In this document: one piece after another, positions 51,329 to 60,884 of the stretch | How the letters are laid out: every line of letters begins with the position of its first letter | Position numbering within the stretch: position 1 is the stretch's first letter | Virus record (IMG/VR): IMGVR_UViG_3300025096_000010 | Location: 2,823-66,822 of that record | Origin: a virus | Strand: one strand, 5' to 3' | Length of the DNA: 64,000 bases | Notes under the pieces: generated by a model | The model's input: only the letters and a program-made list of their open reading frames with translations | Told to the model about the DNA's origin: nothing | Databases searched by the model: none | Translations under genes and position numbers: made by a program

Positions 51329-51787
51329 ATGACGACGCTCCCACAGACCAGATCGATCCCCAACGCCCGCGATTATACCCTGTTATCTTCGGGGTATGTC
51401 TTCAACACCAAGACCTGCAAGCGCCTTCGCCGTCAGTGGAACGGCAACCAGTGGAAGACGCTGCTTACCAATAATGACGGCAAGCGCGTCCATTTCGCCC
51501 ACGATTCGTTGGATTCGCCCCCTCCCGAGCTGTCGCTCAAACACATCCTCGATTTCGAGGGCGCGCGTCCCATCCCTGAGTTCCCCCGCTTTGTAGTCAC
51601 AGCATATGGATGTATATACTGTGTAAAACCTGAATCCCGTGGCCGGAAGTCTGGGCGTGTCTACGCTGTAGCCGAGTTCATGCGCCGCAATACGCGGTAC
51701 GTATCCATGAAACACGAATCAGGAATCAGGAAGCAGGTTCCCGTGGACAAGCTCACCAAGAGTGTGTGGGGAGAAGATTGTGCATAG
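51329..51787 (+). CDS. tandem NUMOD4-like domain protein
   Basis: Two repeats, RSIPNARDYTLLSSGYVFN and RPIPEFPRFVVTAYGCIY; no HNH motif seen. Confidence 0.5.
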   Translation: MTTLPQTRSIPNARDYTLLSSGYVFNTKTCKRLRRQWNGNQWKTLLTNNDGKRVHFAHDSLDSPPPELSLKHILDFEGARPIPEFPRFVVTAYGCIYCVKPESRGRKSGRVYAVAEFMRRNTRYVSMKHESGIRKQVPVDKLTKSVWGEDCA

Positions 51788-51893
51788 CCTTCTTAACGTG
51801 CGGTAGTAAGCCGGTAGACAGCCAATAATTAGTCACTTATCTGGTTTATATAAACCGGAAAAGTCGATTTCCGCGGCCTATTTTAGGGGGAGT

Positions 51894-51969
51894 TGGCAGG
51901 ACAGGCGAGACTCGAACTCACAACCCTCGGTTTTGGAGACCGATGCTCTACCAATTGAGCTACTGTCCA
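51894..51969 (-). tRNA. trnW: tRNA-Trp (CCA)
   Basis: 76-nt cloverleaf TGGACAGTAGCTCAATTGGTAGAGC..CTCCAAA..GTTCGAGTC..CTGTCCTGCCA with encoded CCA end. Confidence 0.95.
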
Positions 51970-52153
51970 AGTTACTACTACCGCTTACCGTAAAGGTTCC
52001 CCCAACCCACCCCCGTGAAAACCTTGATTGGCACGACGCGTTACACGGATGTGTCCATAAACGTCACTAAAATAGACATGAAAAGCGCGGGAGCCCCGAT
52101 TGGTTCTGCCAGAACAATCGGAAGGAGTAGGGCCAGACTCCCGCGCTGAGACC

Positions 52154-52372
52154 CTACTCTGCTGTCTCGCCCGTATCAGATTCTTCCTCAGTAGGCACGA
52201 GGTCGACCCCAATACAGAATCTCGGAGGCATGGGCCTGAGGTTAAGGTCCAGTTGAGCCGAAGTAGAGGGCTCAGTGAACGGCAACGGAACAGAGCCGCC
52301 TAAGTCCATCGTGGAGCAGGAAGATACTAGAAAAGAACAACCTGCACCGATTACGAATAGTTTGGCTTTCAT
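52154..52372 (-). CDS. small lipoprotein
   Basis: MKAKLFVIGAGCSFLVSSC lipobox. Confidence 0.6.
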   Translation of the reverse strand: MKAKLFVIGAGCSFLVSSCSTMDLGGSVPLPFTEPSTSAQLDLNLRPMPPRFCIGVDLVPTEEESDTGETAE

Positions 52373-52513
52373 GTCCCGTGCGTTTTAGAGGATCTGGGAT
52401 TATATGTCCAGAATTTTCATCGTGATCCACACTAAAGTTAGAGCAACCACAAAATACACATACACTGTTGTTTGATCGTCTATCATGTTAGTGACACCTA
52501 CTTATTTACAGAA

Positions 52514-52542
52514 TTGACTATTATAGCCTAAAAGGCTATCAC
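52514..52542 (+). promoter_or_regulatory. sigma70-like promoter for the portal gene
   Basis: TTGACT-N17-TATCAC, 7 nt before ATG 52550. Confidence 0.45.
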
Positions 52543-52549
52543 ATAAACG

Positions 52550-54766
52550 ATGAGCGACCGACCGCTTGATAGCATCGACAGTCTGAACCTCGGTTCCTTG
52601 GACGAAAAGGGGAAACCCGTAGAGACCCGCCTGAAGGATGTGCAGAGTGCCATAGCTATTTTCGCGACCCTCCTCTCCGCCGACGAGAAGTCTGCAATAA
52701 ATCGCGCCCGTGTCGATTCCATGTTTGATGGCGGGGCACCATATAACTCCCAGAGTCTGGCAGTAAGCGGGCAAGGGCTAAAAACAAACCTGAATTTTGG
52801 AGATGCCCAACGACTTTTGGATATTTCTCTTAGTGCTTACGTTGACCTTTACTCTTCACTGGAAAGACTTGTTGAGGTTAAGGGAACGCAGGGCGAAGCG
52901 AGCGAAGTTAAACCGGCGGAAGAAATCGTCGCGGAAGAACTGACCCACCTCATTCGTGCGTGGCCTGAGTTCCACAACGCCTACCTGAGGCTCTGCACAA
53001 CCTTCATCAAGCACGGCGTTGCCGTCGCTTACTTTGATTCGCCTGACGACTGGCGGTTTCGGGTCGGCGGATTTACCGATATTCTTATCCCGCGGCAAAC
53101 CCCCGCCAACGAGGAGTGTATCGATGTTGCTATCGGACGCCGTAGCTACCTGTTGCACGAACTCTACGCCTATATTAAGAACCCCGAAGTGGCCACCAAG
53201 GTGGGGTGGAATGTGGATGAGGTAAGGCGGGTCATTGCCAAGAACGCCTCGACCTCAGGCAGGCCAGAGAGTTACGAGTCTTGGCAGGCCGAGATGAAGA
53301 ACAATGACCTGCACACCGGACTCCAGAACCCATCTGTAAAGGTGCTGCATTTCTGGATCAAGGAGATGGACGGCAGCGTCAGCCACTATATTTCGGCAGA
53401 AAACTCCCCGAAGGATTTCCTCTATAAGAAAGTTTCCAGATATGAAAAGGCCGAGCAGGCATACGTGATGTTCACCTATGGCGTCGGCAGCAACGGCACA
53501 TACCATTCGATTCGTGGCCTAGGCCAACGCATCTTCGCCCATGTACAGACCAGTAACAGACTGCGTTGCCAGCAGATCGACGGAGCCATGCTCGCGTCTG
53601 CGGTGATGATCCAACCCGAAAACCAAAGGTCTCTGGACGAATTGCAATTCACCTTCTACGGCGCGTATGCCGTTTTGAGCCCCAACGTGAGCATCGTTGA
53701 GAAGGCGATCCCTAATTTGGGGACTGCCGTCCAACCCGCCTTGGAGGACCTAACCCGACAGCTGCAGCTCAATACCGATACTGTCAGCACGTATGGCCCC
53801 GATCAGAGTTCACCATACAGGAATCAGATGCAGGTTACAGCTGACATGGATGTCACCACCCGCTTGTCGGGGGCCAGCCTGAACCTGTTCTATGCCAGCT
53901 GGAACCGGCTTCTCCGAGAAGTCGTTCGGCGTATTGTTACGACGAAAAAACCGGATGGCGCGATCAGGGACTTCTATGCGCGCTGCGAAGCGCGGGGCAT
54001 TCCCCCCGAGTTTATCAAGACTTTGGATGTGGACCGCACGAAAGCCGTAAGGTCTATCGGCAATGGTAGCCACGCCAATAGGATGGTAGCCCTTCGGGAG
54101 CTTCAGGGCATCAGCGGCCAGTTCGACGACGTCGGTCGCCGCAACCTGACCCGCGATATTGTCTCGACCAGAGTGGGCCACGACCTCGCGGACAGGTACG
54201 CCCCGTCGAATGCAGAGAAGCGCCCAACCGTAGACCTTAAGATTGCCTTCTTTGAAAACCAGCAGCTCATGGAGGGCCAGCCCGTTCCGGTTGTCGGAAA
54301 CGAGTTGCATGGCACACATCTGGAGATTCACCTAGCCCCCCTCGCACAACTGATTGAACAACTCAACGTGGGGGAGGCCGATCCAATGCAGGCCCTACCT
54401 ACGTTGCAGGCATTTTATGAGCATATTAGCCAGACCGTCCAACTTGCCGCAGGCGACCCCGCCCTTGAGGGGTTGGTCGGGCAGGCCCAACAGGTCCTTC
54501 AGTTCGCTGAAGAAGCCATCAATAATACCGCCAAAGCCGCTCAGAAGATCCAACGAGATCAAGCGCAGCAGGCCGAGGTCCCGGCTGAGGGAGAAGAGGC
54601 CCCACCTCAACAAGACCCCAAGTTGATGGAACATCAGGTAAAAATGCAGATCGCCCAAGAAAAGGCAGAACTAGATATGGCGATTAAGCAGAAGAAACAT
54701 GAGCAAGAAATGGCTTTGCGAGATGCGAAGGCCGCGCTAGAGTTCCGCGAAAGTAGTGAACTCTAA
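52550..54766 (+). CDS. portal protein (podoviral type)
   Basis: 738 aa; HGVAVAY, Q-rich C-terminal barrel; first gene of the head module. Confidence 0.75.
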   Translation: MSDRPLDSIDSLNLGSLDEKGKPVETRLKDVQSAIAIFATLLSADEKSAINRARVDSMFDGGAPYNSQSLAVSGQGLKTNLNFGDAQRLLDISLSAYVDLYSSLERLVEVKGTQGEASEVKPAEEIVAEELTHLIRAWPEFHNAYLRLCTTFIKHGVAVAYFDSPDDWRFRVGGFTDILIPRQTPANEECIDVAIGRRSYLLHELYAYIKNPEVATKVGWNVDEVRRVIAKNASTSGRPESYESWQAEMKNNDLHTGLQNPSVKVLHFWIKEMDGSVSHYISAENSPKDFLYKKVSRYEKAEQAYVMFTYGVGSNGTYHSIRGLGQRIFAHVQTSNRLRCQQIDGAMLASAVMIQPENQRSLDELQFTFYGAYAVLSPNVSIVEKAIPNLGTAVQPALEDLTRQLQLNTDTVSTYGPDQSSPYRNQMQVTADMDVTTRLSGASLNLFYASWNRLLREVVRRIVTTKKPDGAIRDFYARCEARGIPPEFIKTLDVDRTKAVRSIGNGSHANRMVALRELQGISGQFDDVGRRNLTRDIVSTRVGHDLADRYAPSNAEKRPTVDLKIAFFENQQLMEGQPVPVVGNELHGTHLEIHLAPLAQLIEQLNVGEADPMQALPTLQAFYEHISQTVQLAAGDPALEGLVGQAQQVLQFAEEAINNTAKAAQKIQRDQAQQAEVPAEGEEAPPQQDPKLMEHQVKMQIAQEKAELDMAIKQKKHEQEMALRDAKAALEFRESSEL

Positions 54767-55082
54767 GGAACTTCTCACACTACATGATGAGACTTGCAGG
54801 GAGTGCAAGGATATCATGCGGACTAAAAACTCCGATTATACGGGGGGCAAGGATGCCGTGGACCCGTTTGCTAATTTCAAAAGTAGCACAGTGGTCGGTA
54901 TCCACCCCGTGCACGGCCTCCTGATGCGGGTACTGGACAAGATCCAGAGAATACGTTCATTTGTGAACGATAAAGAGTTACAGGTCCCCAATGAGAGTGT
55001 AGAAGACGCCTGCCACGATATTGTGAATTATGCGATTCTGGCGAAAGCCATGCTCAAGGAGGAGCGCGAACAACTTCAATAG
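54756..55082 (+). CDS. nucleotide-modification-associated domain (Nmad1/DUF1599-like) protein
   Basis: KNSDY..DPFANF..DKIQRI..ESVEDACHDIVNYAIL. Confidence 0.7.
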   Translation: MNSKELLTLHDETCRECKDIMRTKNSDYTGGKDAVDPFANFKSSTVVGIHPVHGLLMRVLDKIQRIRSFVNDKELQVPNESVEDACHDIVNYAILAKAMLKEEREQLQ

Positions 55083-55379
55083 ATGCCCAAGTCTGTTACA
55101 CCCCCGGTTCCCGTAGATCGTTGGTTCAGGGATACGGTCGCCGTTAAAGAGCTGCACGATATCTTGGAAACCCCCACTTTCCAGAAAGCCGTTGCCGTCC
55201 TCAAAGAAATAGCTGGCCCCTCGTTCAATACTTTGCAAGACTGCGAGCGGAATAATACCCGACTTGCATGGTACGCAGGCTACCGGGATGCCTTTAATGA
55301 CCTCCATAAATTAACAAAGATTCGCAATCCTAAAACTACGTCCGCTCATCCTGATGAGTGGACCCATATTGACTCATGA
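55083..55379 (+). CDS. hypothetical head-module protein
   Basis: 98 aa between portal and scaffold. Confidence 0.55.
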   Translation: MPKSVTPPVPVDRWFRDTVAVKELHDILETPTFQKAVAVLKEIAGPSFNTLQDCERNNTRLAWYAGYRDAFNDLHKLTKIRNPKTTSAHPDEWTHIDS

Positions 55380-56590
55380 GTGAAGAAGCCGCCGTTGAAA
55401 CTGCGCCAGAAGCCGCGCCAGAAGTTGCCGTAGAAGCCACCCCCGATACCGTAGTTGAGTCCCTGCCCGACGCGGGTAATGAACCTGCTAGTTTTTCTGA
55501 TGCCTTAGAGCAGGCGCTTGAAAAAATGGGCGCGGAGGCCCCTGAACCAGAACCAGAAGTAGCCCCCGAACCGGAACCGGAACCGGAGGCCGAAACCGCC
55601 CCCGAGCCAGAGGCAGCAGAAAAAACGACCGAGGAAGCGGAAGTCGCCCCGTTGGATCAGCTTAGTGAGGATGTGGGGGACGACTGGACCCCCAAAGCCG
55701 CAAGCAGATTTAAGCAGCTTAAGGCAGAGCTGAAGAATAGTTCCTCTGAGTTGGAGACCCTGCGGCAGAAAAGCGTCGAACATGAAGCTAGGATCAAGGA
55801 GCTGTCAGCTATAAATGAAGCGGATGATCCAAAAGCATTACAGGAAAAGCTCGCTCAGTATGAACAGGAAAAAATGTTCACCAATCTGGAAGAGACCGAG
55901 GCTTATAAGCAAAGGGTCACCAAACCGTTACGAGAATTACTAGACAGTACCGAAGCGGTAGCTGAAAAATATGGTATCGATGCGGAGGCTCTTGTTGACG
56001 CCGTAGCCCTGACTGATGAGGCTGAGCAAGATAAAGCTCTGGAGGGGTTGCTTGAATTGGCTACTGATCGCGACAAGTCACGCATTTACCGGGTCATTGA
56101 AAACATCGAGCCCCTCATGGCTGTTAGGAAGGCCATGCACGACAATGTGGAACAGGCCGTTGCTGAGGCCAAGGAAGCCGACGAGCAAAAGCAGAAGCAA
56201 AAATTAGCTACCCAGTATAAAGTGCGTGAGCAAGTTGCTACCGAGGTTGGGGACCGAGTTTCTGAAAAGCTGCCCTTCCTGAAGGCCGTAGAGGGGTTTG
56301 ATATGTCCGCGGCTAAAGAAGCCGCAGTCAACTCAGACCCCACCACGATTCATCCGGTAGACCACGCCTACAATACCATAGCTTCCCAGATTTTACCCAC
56401 GGTCGTCAGGGAATACGCCTCCATGCGTAAAGAAATTGAAGTTCTGACGGACCGCCTCGCTGAATTTGAGGGGGCCGAGCCCACTGCGGGGCATATCCCC
56501 AGCTCAGCCGCGGGTTTACAGCAGTCCTCGGACAATTTATCGTTTGAGGAGTCTATCAGCGCGGCCTTTTCCTCACTGCCCGCGCAGTAG
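55376..56590 (+). CDS. capsid scaffolding protein
   Basis: Acidic disordered N-terminus, coiled coil, directly upstream of the capsid gene. Confidence 0.7.
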   Translation: MSEEAAVETAPEAAPEVAVEATPDTVVESLPDAGNEPASFSDALEQALEKMGAEAPEPEPEVAPEPEPEPEAETAPEPEAAEKTTEEAEVAPLDQLSEDVGDDWTPKAASRFKQLKAELKNSSSELETLRQKSVEHEARIKELSAINEADDPKALQEKLAQYEQEKMFTNLEETEAYKQRVTKPLRELLDSTEAVAEKYGIDAEALVDAVALTDEAEQDKALEGLLELATDRDKSRIYRVIENIEPLMAVRKAMHDNVEQAVAEAKEADEQKQKQKLATQYKVREQVATEVGDRVSEKLPFLKAVEGFDMSAAKEAAVNSDPTTIHPVDHAYNTIASQILPTVVREYASMRKEIEVLTDRLAEFEGAEPTAGHIPSSAAGLQQSSDNLSFEESISAAFSSLPAQ

Positions 56591-56626
56591 CCTATAGGAG
56601 GGGGTGACAGCCCAATAACTATGCTG

Positions 56627-56656
56627 TTGACACATTGGTGTGTTTAGTATTATATA
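56627..56656 (+). promoter_or_regulatory. sigma70-like promoter for the capsid gene
   Basis: TTGACA at 56627-32 followed by AT-rich TAGTATTATATA. Confidence 0.45.
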
Positions 56657-56673
56657 GCTCAAATGACGCAGTT

Positions 56674-56775
56674 GGTTGCTCTAGCCATCAAATAGTTCTA
56701 CAAGCTGCCGAATACATCGAGCGTTGACTCACCCACATAGACAGGCCGGTTGCTCTAGCCATTAAATAGTTCTAC
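56674..56775 (+). repeat. 28-bp direct repeat x2 with a 46-nt spacer
   Basis: GGTTGCTCTAGCCATYAAATAGTTCTAC at 56674-56701 and 56748-56775. Confidence 0.9.
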
Positions 56776-56869
56776 CCACGGTCCGTCCCTAACCTTTTAT
56801 TTTAGTCAGGCCGCTTAAGCCCCAGACAGGGGAGTGGTCTATTTCCCTCAACTTTACTCCTATAATACA

Positions 56870-58249
56870 ATGGCCTTCGGACCTCCCGGAACTCTTACGC
56901 TAGGCGCAGGTGGTGTAGACCCCACTGGTGCTTCGCAAGACATCAACACGATCCTGACCCAAGAAGCTGGTCGGATTGGCAATGACATTCATAAAGCCAC
57001 TCTGCACACCAGCCCTTGGCTTGATCTCATTAAGCAAACCACATTCCCTGAAGGAATGGGTTATCAACTCAGCACACTGGTTTATGACCGTTCGCTGCCT
57101 ATCACTCCTATGACACATGACCTTGGCGATGGTTCAGGGCAGTCTGTAGGTACCAACTGGGCTGCTATGGGTAATAACGATCAGACTGCTTCTCGCGGTT
57201 TCACCGCTTTGCAGACCGACACGACCGCCTCACTCCCAACTGAGGATGCAAATGTTAATACCATTGACTTCTCCAAGCAGCTCAAGGTCTACAGCCTGAG
57301 TCGTGCAGTAATCGAATCCCCACGTATCAACGTCGAGGAACTTCGCTACGCCGCACACCGGACTGAGCAACTTCGGGCTATCATGGATCTCCTCAAGGAG
57401 TCCACTCGTCAGTCTTGGGAAGAGCGTTATCGTCAGCAGTATGACAAGCAGTGCGACAACGTCGTTTACTGCAAGGCGTCGGGCACCGTCTTTGCTACTG
57501 GTGCAGAAGGTAGCCCGACTACCACCAACGACGCCAGCGAAACTGCTCTCGACGTTGACGCTGCAATCACCGTTGGTGGTGACGGCGGCGATTCCGACGA
57601 TGTAGTTGATACTACTGCCAACATCTCCAACGCAATTCTGGATAAGATTTACTTCCAGCTCGTGCGTAAAGGTGCAGGCACCAATGCCTACGGTCGCGAG
57701 AATGGTCGCCCCGTGTTCACCCTCGTGTGTTCTTCGGAGGCGTCCTATCAGCTCCAGACCGAAGCAGGTTTCCGCGACGATGTGCGTTACAACAATTCCA
57801 AGGTCAGCGATCTCATCGCTCCTTTGGGTGTTGAGAAGTCCTTCAGAGGGTTTTACCACCTGATCGACGACATGGCCCCTCGTTTCAACCTCGCACTTTC
57901 CACCGACAATCTGGTTGAAGTGCCTGTTTACAACGTCAACGTGACCACCAATAACGTCGAGATGAACACAGACTACGACAGCGCCGCTGTTGAGGCTGCT
58001 TACATCCTCCACCAAGATGTGATGGAATCCCTGATTCCTTCGCCCATTGGTAATGTGGGTGCACTCAAGTTTGACCCCGTGTCATACAAAGGAGACTTCC
58101 GCTGGACGAACATCCCAGATGTTATTCGCAATCCTGACGGCCAAATTGGTTTCTTCAGAGGCATCATGGCCAGCGCATCGAAGCCGATTAAGACGGACTT
58201 CGGTTACGTCATCCTCTTCAAGCGCACCAGCACCACGCCTGCTGCGTAA
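56870..58249 (+). CDS. major capsid protein
   Basis: 459 aa after the scaffold; strong codon bias; followed by a hairpin. Confidence 0.8.
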   Translation: MAFGPPGTLTLGAGGVDPTGASQDINTILTQEAGRIGNDIHKATLHTSPWLDLIKQTTFPEGMGYQLSTLVYDRSLPITPMTHDLGDGSGQSVGTNWAAMGNNDQTASRGFTALQTDTTASLPTEDANVNTIDFSKQLKVYSLSRAVIESPRINVEELRYAAHRTEQLRAIMDLLKESTRQSWEERYRQQYDKQCDNVVYCKASGTVFATGAEGSPTTTNDASETALDVDAAITVGGDGGDSDDVVDTTANISNAILDKIYFQLVRKGAGTNAYGRENGRPVFTLVCSSEASYQLQTEAGFRDDVRYNNSKVSDLIAPLGVEKSFRGFYHLIDDMAPRFNLALSTDNLVEVPVYNVNVTTNNVEMNTDYDSAAVEAAYILHQDVMESLIPSPIGNVGALKFDPVSYKGDFRWTNIPDVIRNPDGQIGFFRGIMASASKPIKTDFGYVILFKRTSTTPAA

Positions 58250-58259
58250 GGTTTAACTT

Positions 58260-58293
58260 GTGCGGGGTAGCGGCTAAACCCGTTACCCCGCGC
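58260..58293 (+). terminator. GC-rich hairpin after the capsid gene (no U-tract; stabiliser or attenuator)
   Basis: GTGCGGGGTAGCGG-ctaaac-CCGTTACCCCGCGC. Confidence 0.5.
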
Positions 58294-58310
58294 ATAACCC
58301 AAATACGATT

Positions 58311-58883
58311 ATGCCAACTTTAGATGATTTACCAACCTTGGCGAAGAACGCTGCGGTTGCTGCAAGCGATTCCATTGCCATTTCAAACAAAGATTTGGGT
58401 GGCGGGACCAAAATTCAACAAGTCCCCGCAGCCCTCGTCGGGCTAGGTTATACCCATGCTTGGGTTCTTAACTGGGATACTGCTGAGTTAGCCGCTGAAA
58501 CGGTTGATGATACTGATGAAGAGATCACGTTGATTGCGATTCCCGCTAATTCCTTTATTACTAAGGCAATGTTCGTAGTTACAGAAGCGTTTGCGGGGCT
58601 TACAGCCTGTAATGCTTTTTTAGGAAGAACCGCCGATAAAAATGGCTACATTGAATCAACATCTCTATTAGCTAAATTAGCGAAAGTTAACATAGCTGGA
58701 GATGAGATTGATGCCTTCGGTGAGCTTGATGTTGTTACCGCATCTGACCAAGACTTGATAATTACATTTGATCCAGCAGGTAACACTGAGGCTTTAGGAA
58801 CAGACTTAACTGCTGGACAGCTTGTAGTTCTTGTTGCTCTTACTGAAATTGCTGACTTCAAAGACCTTGTTCCTGCAACCTAA
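58311..58883 (+). CDS. putative capsid decoration protein
   Basis: Beta-rich, IPANSFI..VTEAF..G motif; follows the capsid gene. Confidence 0.5.
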   Translation: MPTLDDLPTLAKNAAVAASDSIAISNKDLGGGTKIQQVPAALVGLGYTHAWVLNWDTAELAAETVDDTDEEITLIAIPANSFITKAMFVVTEAFAGLTACNAFLGRTADKNGYIESTSLLAKLAKVNIAGDEIDAFGELDVVTASDQDLIITFDPAGNTEALGTDLTAGQLVVLVALTEIADFKDLVPAT

Positions 58884-58908
58884 TTCCCACCCGCAACCCA
58901 ACCCACAG

Positions 58909-58952
58909 ATCCCGAGCCCTGAACAACCCTTCGGGGTTCGGGATTTTACTTT
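58909..58952 (+). terminator. intrinsic terminator
   Basis: ATCCCGAGCCCTGA..TCGGGGTTCGGGAT followed by TTTACTTT. Confidence 0.7.
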
Positions 58953-58958
58953 ACGATC

Positions 58959-60419
58959 ATGGCTACTAAGAAGAAACCGCGCCGGATTACCCAAGAAGAA
59001 CTCGCGGGGATGCACTACGATCCCGTGGAGAAGGTATATTATGACACCTCGGAGCTTGAGGAGCGTGGCATGGAGGTGCCCGAGTGGGCTAGAGGAGGTG
59101 GCGACAAGACGTCTAAAGACTTTAGCCCTACCCATGAACTGTCCGAATCGGGCAGAATCGTCCCCATCGGCGGCGAACCTGACTCGTATGACCCCGCCGT
59201 CGCCCGAGGGGGTGGTGAATTTTATGCCCCTCCCGAAGGCGAGCCAGTCTGGCAAGAAAAAGATGCTGACGGTAACGTAACGTACACGGAGTATGCTCCG
59301 GGGTCCGAGGCGCGGAAGGTCCGCTTTGAAAGTAGAGCCGAGCTTAAACAAGAGCTGGAACGACGTAGGGTACAGGGGGAGTTTCCCCGCGGAAGAGGGG
59401 GGCTGTATGGTCTCATCCCTTATGCCGATTACGAAAAACAGCGGGAAGAAGAACTAGCTAGAGAACGAGCCGACCGGCTTGAAGCAAAGGTCGAGAAACT
59501 AGGTCCTGTTGCTGCGCGGGAGGATGTTGAAACCCCTACAGATAAAGCACCATCGACGCCGGTACCTGATAAACCCGTTAAGGATGACGGTGCAAGTGCC
59601 GCCGCCGACGACGAGGGCATTACTGAGCAGGAGCGCGCCGAGAGAAGTGGATTTCCAAAGGGACACCCCAGCGGTAAAGAACCCAAAACCGAGTATAAGC
59701 CCGAGCCCGAATCCCCGACGACTAAAAAGGCCAAATCTCGACCACCGGAAGATAAACCGGAGTCGACGCAGCTGGCTGTTGGAGACGTCGTTGAAGAGCG
59801 CGATTTCGACCCGCTTGATAAAGAACTGACCGCTGAAGAGCGAGAGAAGATCGAGGCCGGGTTGGCCGAATTGGACGATAAGGTTGGTCCGTTGGAGGAT
59901 GCTATGCAAGCCGTTGAGGAAGAGCCCGACACAATTACTGTTGGCGAAAAGGGAGAAAGCCGCGAAGGAGAAAGCCGCGAAAGGGGGGATGAGATTACCC
60001 TAACCGAACTCAACCCATCACAGGAAATACCAGAATCCCCCGATGACCCAGAGCTTACGGATGTGGAGTTGGCAGTGGAGCCCCCCGAACCCCCGATGGA
60101 GGCCGCGGCTGAAGACACCCCCGCAGCCGGTGAGATCCCACCACTTCCTGAAGCGGAGGAAGATGGATTAACAGCTGAGGAGATAGCGGTGCTTGCTGCA
60201 AAAGAATTCCCCGACAACGGGATGGAGTACCTTGAGCCTATTTTTGAGGCTTCCGTATTCAAGCATAAGTATAACGCCAACGACCCGAGGGACCGAGCAC
60301 AGATGGAATTCCTGATAAACTTCTTCATTAGGGAGGGGCTTCCCCTCACGCCCACAATAGAGGGCGATCTAGCTGAAAAGGCTGTTAATGAATTTTATGG
60401 AGCAGAAGAAGCCAAGTAA
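58959..60419 (+). CDS. acidic, largely disordered hypothetical protein
   Basis: 486 aa, E/P-rich. Confidence 0.65.
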   Translation: MATKKKPRRITQEELAGMHYDPVEKVYYDTSELEERGMEVPEWARGGGDKTSKDFSPTHELSESGRIVPIGGEPDSYDPAVARGGGEFYAPPEGEPVWQEKDADGNVTYTEYAPGSEARKVRFESRAELKQELERRRVQGEFPRGRGGLYGLIPYADYEKQREEELARERADRLEAKVEKLGPVAAREDVETPTDKAPSTPVPDKPVKDDGASAAADDEGITEQERAERSGFPKGHPSGKEPKTEYKPEPESPTTKKAKSRPPEDKPESTQLAVGDVVEERDFDPLDKELTAEEREKIEAGLAELDDKVGPLEDAMQAVEEEPDTITVGEKGESREGESRERGDEITLTELNPSQEIPESPDDPELTDVELAVEPPEPPMEAAAEDTPAAGEIPPLPEAEEDGLTAEEIAVLAAKEFPDNGMEYLEPIFEASVFKHKYNANDPRDRAQMEFLINFFIREGLPLTPTIEGDLAEKAVNEFYGAEEAK

Positions 60420-60426
60420 ATCACTC

Positions 60427-60454
60427 TTGAAACCCAACCCCCACCCTGTATCCT
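60427..60454 (+). promoter_or_regulatory. sigma70-like promoter, probably leaderless
   Basis: TTGAAA-N16-TATCCT, 5 nt before ATG 60460. Confidence 0.4.
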
Positions 60455-60459
60455 GAGTC

Positions 60460-60867
60460 ATGGCCGCTAAATCAGTAACACATTCAGTTTCCCTCGCTGT
60501 GGGGAATATCGCACTAGCCCTCAGTGATTCCCAGACCGCTGCTTCAGACCCCACTAACTTTGTATTGGGGGACCAACGAGTAGGTGCTGTTACTCCCCTT
60601 TATATAGGGGGATCATCGAGCAAACCGTCAACTATTGGTGATGTAGAAGTCTCTGGCCATAAAGTTTTGTTGCTACTGCGAAATGAAACCGCAGCAGGTG
60701 GGGGGGACTTAAAAGTATCCCTTTATGACGGTTCTCCTGATTATGAGCTAGAAATAAAACCCCAACAAATAAACCTGCTAACGGTCAAGGATTTGGATGA
60801 GGTGGTAGTTCTTTCTTCTTCGGGAAACTGCGACTTTAACTACATGGCCATTCAGATAGACGAATAA
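60460..60867 (+). CDS. virion structural protein
   Basis: 135 aa, beta-rich. Confidence 0.55.
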   Translation: MAAKSVTHSVSLAVGNIALALSDSQTAASDPTNFVLGDQRVGAVTPLYIGGSSSKPSTIGDVEVSGHKVLLLLRNETAAGGGDLKVSLYDGSPDYELEIKPQQINLLTVKDLDEVVVLSSSGNCDFNYMAIQIDE

Positions 60868-60884
60868 TTCAGCAACCAACAATC

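Noticed and set aside
51894-51969. tRNA as a prophage attachment site
   Set aside because: No integrase, no duplicated tRNA fragment and no host genes seen
56674-56775. Canonical CRISPR array, pistol ribozyme or preQ1 riboswitch
   Set aside because: Only two repeats and no cas operon; the required pseudoknot partners are absent
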